Source: Minisyncoccota bacterium
Lineage (GTDB): Bacteria; Patescibacteriota; Minisyncoccia; Phycocordibacterales; CSBR16-193
DNA length: 62,917 bases
Direction of reading: 5' to 3'
Assembly: GCA_040880645.1 (NCBI GenBank)
Contig: JBBDHZ010000266.1
Span: 1-62,917, forward strand
In this document: positions 28,893-37,982 of the stretch, piece after piece
Position numbering within the stretch: position 1 is the first letter of the stretch
Layout: each line of letters opens with the position of its first letter
Program-made: the position numbers and the translations under genes
Notes under the pieces: generated by a model
What the model was told of the DNA's origin: nothing
Database searches by the model: none
The model's input: only the letters and a program-made list of their open reading frames with translations

Positions 28893-29237
28893 TCAGTACA
28901 GCCTCCCACCAACGGGAACCTCGATATCTGGACGAACCAGCATCACGTTGCCGTTCTCATCAGGCACGCCAAGCGTCAGAACTTCTGACAGGTGCTTTCC
29001 AATCTGCCGAGGTGGGAAATTCACGACGCAGAGAACCTGTCGCCCGACGAGTTCAGCACCCTCGTAATTGGGAGCGAGTTTCGCCAGCGACTTTTTGGTG
29101 CCCAATTCTTGCCCAAAGTCGATCAGCAGAATGTGCGTGGAATGTCGACCTTCAGTGAATGGACTGGCTTCGGTGATTCGACCAACCCGAACGTCGAGTT
29201 TCTGGAAGTCTTCGATTGAAACCAGGTTCTCGCTCAC
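28893..29237 (-). CDS. csaA: CsaA-type tRNA-binding domain protein
   Basis: DFQKLDVRVGRITEA..., LAPNYEGAELVGRQVLCVVNFPPRQIGKHLSEVLTLG. Confidence 0.85.
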   Translation of the reverse strand: MSENLVSIEDFQKLDVRVGRITEASPFTEGRHSTHILLIDFGQELGTKKSLAKLAPNYEGAELVGRQVLCVVNFPPRQIGKHLSEVLTLGVPDENGNVMLVRPDIEVPVGGRLY

Positions 29238-29354
29238 TTAACTTCCCCTTATCCCACGGCAATTCCGCTCGCTGCAATCTTCATCTGCTCGCTGGTTTTC
29301 GACGATTTCCACCGCCTTGAACAGCATCACCACGGGGAACTTCCGATCTATCGA

Positions 29355-29753
29355 TCACTGTTTTCCCAGTGCGTTGTAGCAAGCCAGCAGTTTGGTGCCG
29401 ACATCTGCGGGGACTTGGAGAGACCCAACGTCATCAACCCCTGTCGAGATGAGAATCAGCGCACCCAGCAACTTCTTCTCCTCGTCGGCTGATAGATACT
29501 CGTCGTCAAGATGCTGCTCGTGGTAGTCGATCCAAGCAGTGGTGATGATGCACCAAACGGCCAATTCTTTCTCTGGATGCGAGTCTCGCATGAAGTTGAC
29601 TTCGAATTGCTCCAACGAGATGTCGAGAAAGGGACCGACGACATCGTGAACAGCCTTGATTTGTTCGAGCAAGTTGGCTGGCAGCGATTCATGGCGAATT
29701 GGACCCGGCTTGAGATGGCGGGGATCAATTTGTTCTGGGTCGGGAGCGTTCAT
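29355..29753 (-). CDS. hypothetical protein
   Basis: 132-aa ORF between the two csaA paralogs. Confidence 0.55.
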   Translation of the reverse strand: MNAPDPEQIDPRHLKPGPIRHESLPANLLEQIKAVHDVVGPFLDISLEQFEVNFMRDSHPEKELAVWCIITTAWIDYHEQHLDDEYLSADEEKKLLGALILISTGVDDVGSLQVPADVGTKLLACYNALGKQ

Positions 29754-30023
29754 CGTTGAGTCCTTCGTTGCCGAGCGACCAATTCGAGGGGATACCGCCT
29801 GCGGCGACGGCCCGCAAACGGGTTGAGGCTTGGTTTGTCGTCGGAGCTGGTCGATGCCGGAAGGGTAGAGAATTTTTTACGCTACCTTATTTCACCAGCG
29901 TCAATTCCCACCAGGATCTGTTTCGTAGACAGCGGCATGAAGGACATGTCTCATAAAGCCGACTGCGAACAGGATGACCTGAAAGGCAGTAGCGACAAAT
30001 TCCGTCTATCGTCGGTCCTTTCA

Positions 30024-30365
30024 CTACAACCTCCCACCAATCGGGACATCGGTGTCTGGACGAATCAGCACCAAGTTTCCCTTCTCATCGGGGGCACCGA
30101 GGACCAAGACCTCCGACCGCTGCTTTCCAGCCTGCCGAGGTGGGAAGTTCAGGACGCAGAGAACCTGTCCTCCGACGAGTTCGTCGCTCTCGTAGTTGGG
30201 AGCAAGTCTCACCAACGACGCTTTCGTGCCCACTTCCGACCCAAGATCAACCAGCAAGAGGTGAGTCCAATACCCGCCTTCGGGAACTGGGGCGGCTTCA
30301 GCGATTCGGCCAACTCGGATGTTCAGCCTCTCAAAATCCTCGAACGTAGCCACGTATTGGTTCAT
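30024..30365 (-). CDS. csaA: CsaA-type tRNA-binding domain protein (paralog)
   Basis: Colinear with 28893..29237 (FEDFERLNIRVGRIAEA, LAPNYESDELVGGQVLCVLNFPPRQAGKQRSEVLVLG). Confidence 0.85.
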   Translation of the reverse strand: MNQYVATFEDFERLNIRVGRIAEAAPVPEGGYWTHLLLVDLGSEVGTKASLVRLAPNYESDELVGGQVLCVLNFPPRQAGKQRSEVLVLGAPDEKGNLVLIRPDTDVPIGGRL

Positions 30366-30542
30366 CTGCTTGCCCCTGTTCGTTTGGTCGTGATTGCACA
30401 GCTAGCCGCAAACGTTCACTTGCTCCAAACTCTTACCCGTTTGTTCCGCCACGAGAACGTTTGCCCGTAGAGGATACAGGTTTCCCTGGCAGCTAAACTT
30501 TCGGCGATTATAAAGCAAAATGGAAGCGAACTGTGCGCCACT

Positions 30543-30906
30543 TCATTTGAGCAACGTCAACAGCATCGTCACCGGCGTTTCAGCCTTGATGCTGTGCGGC
30601 GTCGTGCGAGCCATCGGAATCCACGTTCCCTGCTTCCCAGCGACCGACCCGTCGCCAACGGACCTCAACGTCCGAAGGTCGGCTTCGACCATCCCAGCGT
30701 CTCGGGCAAACTCATCGGACATTTCGGGATGCTGAAAGAGCGTGAACATGACTTCGCTCCCATCGCCGTTGGTCACGACTCGCTTCAGGACCGACTGACC
30801 ATCAGGCAACGTGACAACGTGATCTAGAACACCGAAGTCGTTGGCAGGGACGAAGGGAATCCCCACAGATCCCGTGGGCGTCTCCATGAGCCAATCATCA
30901 CCTGAC
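30543..30906 (-). pseudogene. chimeric remnant: 3' part of the SRPBCC gene fused in frame to the 3' end of the cupin gene
   Basis: ~30661-30906 matches 33303-33579 (..WLMETP..GVLDHVVTLPDGQSVL..GMVEADLRTL). 30543-~30660 matches 33733-~33850 (AGKQGTW..PHSIKAETPVTMLLTLLK), and the first ~60 nt are nearly identical. Confidence 0.6.
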
Positions 30907-31156
30907 AAAAAAAAGCGATTTCTGGCGGGGGATGACAGATTAAACTTGCCACCCCTCGTTCTTGTCGCATAATTGGGGCAAGGAAAGGCATCCCGGCAAT
31001 GGGCCACTGCCCCGGCCTCGCTGGACTGCTGAGCCCCCTGAGTACCTGCCCCACTCAGGGGGCTTTCCTTTTCTTCATAAGTGATCGGCTTTTGGGATTT
31101 GCCCCCGGCCCCCGTGAATTGCTCCACTTGTCTTGATCCTTCGGGGCTGATTCGCC
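30907..31156. repeat. ~250-bp cassette-boundary repeat, copy 1
   Basis: Shares with 32376-32618 the blocks cttgccacc, gaaaggcatcccggcaatgggccactgccccggcctcgc, the hairpin agccccctgag/ctcagggggct, and ttgctcc(c)ac.tgtcttgatcctt..gggctga. Confidence 0.8.
30980..31076 (+). ncRNA. candidate small RNA (copy 1) between a promoter-like element and a terminator hairpin
   Basis: TTGCCA (30946-30951), a 16-nt spacer, then CATAAT (30968-30973). An 11-bp hairpin at 31032-31064 is followed by TTTCCTTTTCTTC. Confidence 0.3.
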
Positions 31157-32173
31157 TCAGGAATTTAGCGATTCAAGCTTGTCCCGCATCTTGACAATAG
31201 CCACATCCCACTCTGCCTTCACGTCGTCATCGAGTGTGCTGCGTCTCACCAGCATCTCCGTCCGAACCAAAGCCGCCAATCCAAATTCCGCTACATCAGC
31301 GGGGCAGGTCGCCCGCATCTTGACGGCAGCGAATGCTAAACCGACAGCGGCTTCGTTGCACACCCTAAGCGGGATTGGCTGCTCCTTGTCGAAATGGAGG
31401 ACGGTTTCCTCGTCGGTCGCAAGCCAGTCAATCGGTTCAATGTCCCACGACTTCATTAGCCCATCCAGAAATTTGATTGGTGAGGTTCGGGGATGCCGCT
31501 TGTGCCATCGCCGAAAATCCTCAAGCAGATCAGCCCCGGTGTCATTGCCGTTCGGAGCAAGGTCGTTGGCACATTCCCAATAGAACGGCTCATCGAGGAT
31601 GTCTCGGGCGTTGGGGTGAAACTGATCCCAGTCGACCTCCAGCAGCTCCCACGGACTCTTCGTTGCCCGAATTGCCAGCCGCTTCTTGACGGCTGCTTCT
31701 CGCACTGTCTCCCATTCCTCCACCGTCTGGATCTTCGTCGCCAGAACCTCCGAGGCGTCGGCGAGAAACCGCTCCACGTCGAACTCGTCTGTTGGTTTGA
31801 TCCGTTTTCGGAGCAACGGAAGCACTTCCGCCACTTCCTGTGCTGCCGTCATTCGTTGCTTTGGCGTAGCGTTCCGCTCTTTCTCATCATCAGCCGTGAA
31901 ATGCTCGCTCAGAAACTCGATCTTCACCCGCTTGAGTTTGCGACGAAACGTAATGCGAGGAAGCGACTTGATGTACTCGTGAAACTGGTCAAACAGCCCT
32001 TCGAGTGTGGGACGAAACTTCCGACTCTTGCTGCGGAGACAAGCAACTACCTCGATTTCCTCGATGGCAGAGCCGTATTCGCCGAGTCGGGAGGTCAGCA
32101 GATCGCCTGCGGAGCCGTAGAGCGTGCTGCCACCGTAGGTGTTGTAAGTGTTCTTTGAAACGAATACGTCCAT
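31157..32173 (-). CDS. hypothetical protein (cassette 1 cargo)
   Basis: ATG at 32173 (MDVFVSKNTYN...) with GGAGA upstream. 338 aa with no recognised motif. Confidence 0.6.
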   Translation of the reverse strand: MDVFVSKNTYNTYGGSTLYGSAGDLLTSRLGEYGSAIEEIEVVACLRSKSRKFRPTLEGLFDQFHEYIKSLPRITFRRKLKRVKIEFLSEHFTADDEKERNATPKQRMTAAQEVAEVLPLLRKRIKPTDEFDVERFLADASEVLATKIQTVEEWETVREAAVKKRLAIRATKSPWELLEVDWDQFHPNARDILDEPFYWECANDLAPNGNDTGADLLEDFRRWHKRHPRTSPIKFLDGLMKSWDIEPIDWLATDEETVLHFDKEQPIPLRVCNEAAVGLAFAAVKMRATCPADVAEFGLAALVRTEMLVRRSTLDDDVKAEWDVAIVKMRDKLESLNS

Positions 32174-32375
32174 TGGTCTGCCACGTCTCCCTGCGTTTTT
32201 GGCTGGCGGCGCACAGGCGAGTTTACTGCCCGTCCAATGCCGTCGTGCATTTTGCCTTTCATCGACGTTCTGCTGGAAAGTCACACTTAGCCAGCTAACC
32301 TCCAGCCGGATGACGGTCGCTGGAAAATAACGCCATCAGCCACGATTCCGAGTTCAGAACCATCCATCGCCTGAC

Positions 32376-32618
32376 AAAAAGGACCGAAAAAATTGCTTTT
32401 TCTTGCGGGAAAAAACTTGCCACCCTTGGTCGTTTTGCAATAATCGACGTAACGAAAGGCATCCCGGCAATGGGCCACTGCCCCGGCCTCGCCGTGTTGC
32501 TAAGCCCCCTGAGCCCTGCCCCGCTCAGGGGGCTTTTTCTTTTCTGTGATCGTCTTTCGGTATCGGCTCTCGTTGCTCCCACCTGTCTTGATCCTTCTGG
32601 GCTGACCCTTCGGAAAGC
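32376..32618. repeat. ~250-bp cassette-boundary repeat, copy 2
   Basis: See copy 1. It starts right after a 19-nt SRPBCC-derived junction (32357-32375) and ends at the stop of gene 32619..33230. Confidence 0.8.
32451..32546 (+). ncRNA. candidate small RNA (copy 2)
   Basis: TTGCCA (32417-32422), a 16-nt spacer, then AATAAT (32439-32444). A hairpin at 32503-32534 is followed by TTTTTCTTTTCT. Confidence 0.3.
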
Positions 32619-33230
32619 TCATTTCCTCAGCTTGTTTCGCCAACCTCGGCCAAGGAAGTAGCGGCCCCAGAATTCGGCGATGTCTTCGACCAACGGGGCA
32701 GATTCGGGGATCAGTCCTGTACCGTATCGAGGATCGTAGCGTTCGGCATATTGGCGTGCGACATCATAGCCTAAGCCAGCCGAAACCGACGAGCGGACGA
32801 CACATTCCAGTGCAGTTTCCACAACCAGCAGCTCTTTACATTCGATGATCCGCACTGGTCCCCCACGCAGTCTCTTGTGGGTGTTTTGAGCGTCTCGAAG
32901 TTCCCTTTGAAGATGAAACAGCGCCGATTCTGCCTCCTGAGTTGGCTCCTTCAAATACTTGGTCATCTCTCTGACCGCTTTGGACGCAAGCCGCTGGTAC
33001 TGCTGCTTTATCTCGGGAGCCAAGTAACTGGACGCTTTCAACTGCTGCTGGGCCTTCTTGGCAAGAAACAGGGCGAACTGGGCTGCCGCTGCTGAATCTT
33101 CGCAAAGGCTCTTCAGCATCGTTAGTCGGGTGATGTTAAACTGCTGTCCGCTCCGAAGATCGGCAGCCAATTTGTCGAGCGTCTGTATCTTCTTGAGGAC
33201 TTTTGGTGAGGCTTCGGCCATGGCTGCCAT
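32619..33230 (-). CDS. hypothetical helical protein (cassette 2 cargo)
   Basis: 203-aa ORF with no recognised motif. Confidence 0.6.
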   Translation of the reverse strand: MAAMAEASPKVLKKIQTLDKLAADLRSGQQFNITRLTMLKSLCEDSAAAAQFALFLAKKAQQQLKASSYLAPEIKQQYQRLASKAVREMTKYLKEPTQEAESALFHLQRELRDAQNTHKRLRGGPVRIIECKELLVVETALECVVRSSVSAGLGYDVARQYAERYDPRYGTGLIPESAPLVEDIAEFWGRYFLGRGWRNKLRK

Positions 33231-33302
33231 CTTGGGATGCGTTGGATCGCTGTTCAGGTGATGTCATTGTCATCGATGCATTCGCCGTTGATTTACGTTT
33301 AA

Positions 33303-33698
33303 TCAACCGACCGCTTCCATCACAGACTTCAACGTCCGCAGGTCGGCTTCGACCATCCCAGCGTCCTTAGCGAATTGGTCATCGGGCATGTCGGGAAGTT
33401 GGAAGAGCGTAAACATCACTTCACTTCCGTCGCCATTGGACACGACTCGCATCGGATTCAGGACCGACTGACCATCAGGCAGCGTGACAACGTGATCCAG
33501 AACCCCAAAGTCATTGGCATGGACGAACCGAATCCCCACAAAGCCTCCTGGCGTCTCCATCAGCCAACCATCATCTGACTTCTCGACCGACAGGCAGAAC
33601 GACTTAACCCATTGCGGCAGGTTCTCTGGGTTCGAGGCAAACTCGTAGGCATCTGCGGATGGGCGGTCGATCTGCACAGTGATCGTTCGGGAGTTCAT
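33303..33698 (-). CDS. SRPBCC (START/polyketide-cyclase-like) family protein
   Basis: MNSRTITVQIDRPSADAYEFASNPENLPQW fits the typical SRPBCC N-terminus. This is the intact copy of the fragment at 30661-30906. Confidence 0.8.
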   Translation of the reverse strand: MNSRTITVQIDRPSADAYEFASNPENLPQWVKSFCLSVEKSDDGWLMETPGGFVGIRFVHANDFGVLDHVVTLPDGQSVLNPMRVVSNGDGSEVMFTLFQLPDMPDDQFAKDAGMVEADLRTLKSVMEAVG

Positions 33699-33732
33699 CG
33701 TGGCACGTTAACTTCGGTGAGACTGGACATCT

Positions 33733-34089
33733 TTATTTGAGCAACGTCAACAGCATCGTCACCGGCGTTTCAGCCTTGATGCTGTGCGGCGTCTTGGGAG
33801 CCATCTGAATCCACGTCCCCTGCTTCCCAGCAATCGATTCCTCGCCAACCGTCAGAATCGCTTCGCCCTTGATGATCTGGATGATTGCTGGGAGCGGGGC
33901 GATGTGTTCGGCGAGACCATGACCAGCGGCAAAGGCGAAAAGCACAACTTTTGCATTGGCGTCATCGAGCAAAACGACGCTTTGCTTGCCGGACTCGGGG
34001 ATCTGAATGTCGTCGGCAAGTTGGCGGATTTGGAAGTTGTCGGTCATTGGCTTGGTTTCTGTTTGAACGTTACTCGATCCTTCCGGCAA
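33733..34089 (-). CDS. cupin-domain protein
   Basis: GHGLAEHIAPLPAIIQIIKGEA..GTWIQMAPKTPHSIKA is a cupin motif pattern. Confidence 0.8.
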   Translation of the reverse strand: MPEGSSNVQTETKPMTDNFQIRQLADDIQIPESGKQSVVLLDDANAKVVLFAFAAGHGLAEHIAPLPAIIQIIKGEAILTVGEESIAGKQGTWIQMAPKTPHSIKAETPVTMLLTLLK

Positions 34090-34111
34090 TGATCGTCACC
34101 GTGGACCACGA

Positions 34112-35146
34112 TTAGCCGTAAGCCACAGCGTTTTTCGCTGCGTCCCGTGCCTGTCGGAAGCTCGTGCTTTCCCGACCAAAACTGCCAAACGCATAATGGA
34201 AGGGATGTCCGTGGCACCTCCGACCTCGCTCCGTCTGAAGAAAAGCCCGCACCTGATCCCTCCCCGAGAACTCCAACCCGGGAAAATACAAGGTTGCCTC
34301 GTCCAAAACGCTTGGGTCAATAATCTTGCCGTCTTTGATGAGCCAGCCATGCTCGCCGGTTACGCTTCCGTGAAACACCGCACACCCCTCAACATAAGAG
34401 GCGTCCGAATAGTCTGGGAGCGACCGCAGCACCCTCCGTGCGTTGAAATAGCACTGCTTCGGTTCAGCATCCAGCAGCATCGCCACTCGCTTGGACTCCA
34501 CCGTGTCCTTTTCGTCTGCCGATGAGGACGGCTGCCATCCCGAAAGAAACTCTGGGGGAAGCGTCCGTGCTTCGAATGCCGCTGCCGGTAACGAGATGAA
34601 CGACAGACCCCTGTGGTGGAGTGCGTCGTACGAAACAGCCTCAACGTCACAGTCCAGGAGATAGAATTCATCGACCTCAGCTTTAATTTCTGGCAGTCTA
34701 TACCACAATGTGTCGGCAAGCGTTGTGTCAATCGATTCGGTAGTCGAAGTTTCAACGATCAACTGCTTGACTTCGAATTGCTCAATTTCCCGTTTCAGAG
34801 TCACAACGTTTCGAACCGTGTTGCGGCGTTGGCTAGGGACAGTGCCTCTACCCACAGCCAATGGGTTTGGCTGTGCCAATCGGGAGGATGCAGATGTCTT
34901 CAGAGCCGAGAGATCTACGGCGGGAAGAGCAGCGTGCGTCCTTGGCTCAAACTCGCCCACGAAGGCTTCAATTCCAGCGTCAACTTCTTCGTCGCAGTCT
35001 GGTTCAATCCCGTTGGTCGTCAGGTAAAGCCACAATTCGGCTGGTTCAGTGGATTCAATTGGCTCGCCAGCGGGTGACTCAATCAACGCCTCAATAGACT
35101 CGGAGCGTTGGGTGGTTCTGACGAGGTGGACTACTTTGCGGTTCAT
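34112..35146 (-). CDS. hypothetical protein with possible Cys-His-Asp (transglutaminase-like) C-terminal domain
   Basis: QCYFNARR ... GEHGWLIKDGKIIDPS, the same spacing pattern as in 36152..36961. Confidence 0.55.
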   Translation of the reverse strand: MNRKVVHLVRTTQRSESIEALIESPAGEPIESTEPAELWLYLTTNGIEPDCDEEVDAGIEAFVGEFEPRTHAALPAVDLSALKTSASSRLAQPNPLAVGRGTVPSQRRNTVRNVVTLKREIEQFEVKQLIVETSTTESIDTTLADTLWYRLPEIKAEVDEFYLLDCDVEAVSYDALHHRGLSFISLPAAAFEARTLPPEFLSGWQPSSSADEKDTVESKRVAMLLDAEPKQCYFNARRVLRSLPDYSDASYVEGCAVFHGSVTGEHGWLIKDGKIIDPSVLDEATLYFPGLEFSGRDQVRAFLQTERGRRCHGHPFHYAFGSFGRESTSFRQARDAAKNAVAYG

Positions 35147-35177
35147 GAGGTTTTTGGCTTCAGTGGCTCTGGATGTG

Positions 35178-35498
35178 TCAGCCGATGGTCGTTCCCTGGG
35201 CGACCAACACCCAACCGCTCATCGCCCTTTCCGTGATGTCGAATTCGGAGACGAACGGTTCCTGTAATGCTTGATCGTACTGTTTTGGACCGACACGGGC
35301 GACCAGCGATTCCTTCCAGACACCGACGCACATGTTCCCGTTCAGGAAGAAGCCGAGTCCACCAAACATCTTCTTCTCATCCATGCTCGTTCGCCCAACC
35401 AATTGGTGGCGGATTCGTTCGGCAAGAGCTTCGCTGTAGGTCATTGGTCGCTTTCTCTCGGGATCAAGCCGACAAAGGGCTCTTCCACGGTCATTCAC
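35178..35498 (-). CDS. TfoX N-terminal domain protein
   Basis: LAERIRHQL...EKKMFGGLGFFLNGNMCVGV...LVARV. The likely start is the ATG at 35444. Confidence 0.8.
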   Translation of the reverse strand: MNDRGRALCRLDPERKRPMTYSEALAERIRHQLVGRTSMDEKKMFGGLGFFLNGNMCVGVWKESLVARVGPKQYDQALQEPFVSEFDITERAMSGWVLVAQGTTIG

Positions 35499-35537
35499 CC
35501 GTCCTTGATTGGGATGGGACGGCGTGTCTCTCCCTTC

Positions 35538-36146
35538 TCAAAACACCTTCTGACTCGCCTCTTCCTTGAACTGCACAAAGCCCGCCTTTTTGTAGTTTGG
35601 AAGCGCAGCGGGATGATCTAGGGTGCAGGTGTGCAGCCAAAGACGATTGGGCTCGTAGCTCCAGGCTTTGTCGATGATCCATTGCAGAAACCACTTGCCC
35701 AATCCTTGGCCGATGAATTCGCCAGTCAGCCCGAACTGGACCAGCTCGATTTCGTCGGGCTGGCGGCGGTCCAGGTCAGCAAAACCTGCAGCCGTTCCGT
35801 CCACGTGCAGAACGTACAGCTCGTCCCGTGGGTCGTGAAGGATCTCAGCTAGTTCTTCGTCTGAGAGGTTCTTCCGACTCAGCCAGTGGTAATCCTTGCC
35901 CACGGCGTCGTGCAGAGAGCGGTAGTATGGCACGCTCGGCGTTGGAACCTGAGTCACCGTCAGACCATCTCTTGGAGCTGGCACCGCCCGATGGGAAGGA
36001 GCAAGCATCTCCAGATAAAAGACGGTGATGTCGATTGTCTCCACTGGTGCTTTCTCCTTCGGTTGCTGGTGCGAGCGTCCAATCACTCCAAAATCATGTA
36101 GCGAACCGTGCCGCCGCATTTCTGCCGTGCCCCAACGTTTTCGCAA
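35538..36146 (-). CDS. GNAT family N-acetyltransferase
   Basis: EIELVQFGLTGEFIGQGLGKWFLQWII...NYKKAGF. Confidence 0.85.
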   Translation of the reverse strand: MRKRWGTAEMRRHGSLHDFGVIGRSHQQPKEKAPVETIDITVFYLEMLAPSHRAVPAPRDGLTVTQVPTPSVPYYRSLHDAVGKDYHWLSRKNLSDEELAEILHDPRDELYVLHVDGTAAGFADLDRRQPDEIELVQFGLTGEFIGQGLGKWFLQWIIDKAWSYEPNRLWLHTCTLDHPAALPNYKKAGFVQFKEEASQKVF

Positions 36147-36151
36147 ACTGC

Positions 36152-36961
36152 TTAGTCGGACATAAAGGGGGGCTTCTCAATCGAAATGTGGCCTAGCGAG
36201 TCATACACATCGGGTGCAACTCGAAGTATGCAAAGTTCGGACTCGTCCAAACGGTTGCGACCTTCAGAAAGATCTGCCAACGCCACCCCCAGACGGACAT
36301 CGTTACCGTGATAGGTGGCAAACACGACCACGCTTTGAAAATCCTCTGGGAGTGACATTAGCACGCTTTCATCGCAGCTCTCCTCGACCGACTGTCTATT
36401 CAATTCGAGAAGCCGTGCCTTCGAAAGACACTTCAGGCGAAACGGAGAATCGCCGTAATTAAACGCTACATATCGCAAAGCCAAATTGTCCCATTCACAC
36501 TCATCTTGTAGCGTTAGGTAGTCGAGCTCAGAGAAGGTGCGAATAGCGATGTGCTCCTTTGTCTCCTTGCGACCTGCCTCCAAGTCCGATCTGCTGAACT
36601 CTTTATTCGGGCCCACATTGTTCGACTCGGCTGTAAGGTCGAAATGCATATTGTCGAACACGTTCCATGCGTGTTCTATTGCAATTGGCCCAGACATACT
36701 GTAGCCATGCACAATCCTAACACCGGGGACGTGTAGAGCACAGTTGAAAGCATTGCCCCAACATTTTTTGATTTCGGGTTGAAACTGTTGCACAAATTCA
36801 GCGATGCTGTCATGCCGAGGCGTTACTTCTTTGGAGTTTACAGGCGTCACAGCTTCCGAGTGCTCCGAAAGCCAAGAAGCGAACAGTGGGTTAACCCGTG
36901 CCTCGATTGCGAGATGTTCAAGCCAAGTGTCTCCATAGATTAGTGCAGTATCGGTAATCAT
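36152..36961 (-). CDS. hypothetical protein with possible Cys-His-Asp (transglutaminase-like) domain
   Basis: KCWGNAFNCAL ... IEHAWNVFDNMHFDLT. Confidence 0.55.
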   Translation of the reverse strand: MITDTALIYGDTWLEHLAIEARVNPLFASWLSEHSEAVTPVNSKEVTPRHDSIAEFVQQFQPEIKKCWGNAFNCALHVPGVRIVHGYSMSGPIAIEHAWNVFDNMHFDLTAESNNVGPNKEFSRSDLEAGRKETKEHIAIRTFSELDYLTLQDECEWDNLALRYVAFNYGDSPFRLKCLSKARLLELNRQSVEESCDESVLMSLPEDFQSVVVFATYHGNDVRLGVALADLSEGRNRLDESELCILRVAPDVYDSLGHISIEKPPFMSD

Positions 36962-37118
36962 TGTTCTTCTTCAGTACTGCATGCTCCGAAACTGACCCTC
37001 CCGCAACGGAGCGGGATGGTGGCCAGCATCGGAGGCGTACGCTTTAAATCGTAGCTCTATTGCAAAACGATCTGTTTTCGCTTGACGATGCCACAGCTAC
37101 CAGCAACTCGCACACCCG

Positions 37119-37940
37119 CTACTTCGTTGCTACAGTTTGTCTGATCATAGCACGCAACTCCAGCGGGTAATCGGTCAGGATGGCATCGACCCCCACGTCG
37201 GCAGCTTGTTGCCAGTTCTCTGGCACATTGCCGCTGACGGTCGGACCAGCAATGAAACATCGCTTCCCAGCTTGATGCACCGCCTCGATCTGCTCCTTGG
37301 ACGGCAGAAATCGAACGTAGACCCACTCGCTGTTCGGTGCCCCGAGCGCCTTTGGGAACTCCTCGGAATCATTAGCGACGGCAGCGGTTTCAGCGTTCTT
37401 CGACGCCACCTTGATCCTCACCCGCACTTTCGGATCAGTGATTGTGTTGCCAATGAACAGAAGCCGGTCCAGGACGTTGTGGTTCTCAGCTATCTGAACC
37501 ACATCTCTCCCGACGTATTCAGCCTTCAAATCCACGGCAACCAAAATGTCGTGCTGGCGGTACTTGGCAACCAGCTTCAAGACCTCTTCGATTGTTGGCA
37601 CCTTCTCACCAGCGAACTTGGAATCGAACCAACTCCCAGCGTCAAGGCGGCGAATTTCCTTCAATGTCAGATCCGAGACTTTGCCGGTTCCATCGGTGGT
37701 TCGGTCCACGGTGCTGTCGTGAATGCAGACCAGATGGCCGTCCCTCGTTCTCTCTACGTCGAACTCAAAGCCGAGTCGCAGTTCGAGGCAGGCCCGAAAA
37801 TTTGCCAGCGTGTTTTCAGGGGCGTGATGAAGCAAGCCACGATGAGCGACGATCAGAGGGCGGGGCTCGGTTGCCGTGGAGTGCGCACAGGCTGCGACAG
37901 TTAAAAGAATCGGCAGGAGGACTCTGGGGAAGCTGGTCAT
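37119..37940 (-). CDS. secreted glycerophosphodiester phosphodiesterase
   Basis: Signal peptide present. Motifs are VAHRGLLHHAPENTLANF, FEFDVERTRDGHLVCIHD and TVDRTTDGTG. Confidence 0.9.
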   Translation of the reverse strand: MTSFPRVLLPILLTVAACAHSTATEPRPLIVAHRGLLHHAPENTLANFRACLELRLGFEFDVERTRDGHLVCIHDSTVDRTTDGTGKVSDLTLKEIRRLDAGSWFDSKFAGEKVPTIEEVLKLVAKYRQHDILVAVDLKAEYVGRDVVQIAENHNVLDRLLFIGNTITDPKVRVRIKVASKNAETAAVANDSEEFPKALGAPNSEWVYVRFLPSKEQIEAVHQAGKRCFIAGPTVSGNVPENWQQAADVGVDAILTDYPLELRAMIRQTVATK

Positions 37941-37982
37941 GGCTGGTTTGCTTTTTTCTGTTTGTGAAGTGTCAGCCCTTGT

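Noticed and set aside
30543-31127. 194-aa ORF read as one intact gene
   Set aside because: Its N-terminal third is translated from the cassette repeat and terminator hairpin. The rest is a fusion of SRPBCC and cupin 3' fragments. I called it a chimeric remnant, although a short METPTGS... product cannot be excluded.
37137-37904. 255-aa plus-strand ORF (also 37592..38326)
   Set aside because: It is antisense to the GDPD and HAD genes, which have strong catalytic motifs.
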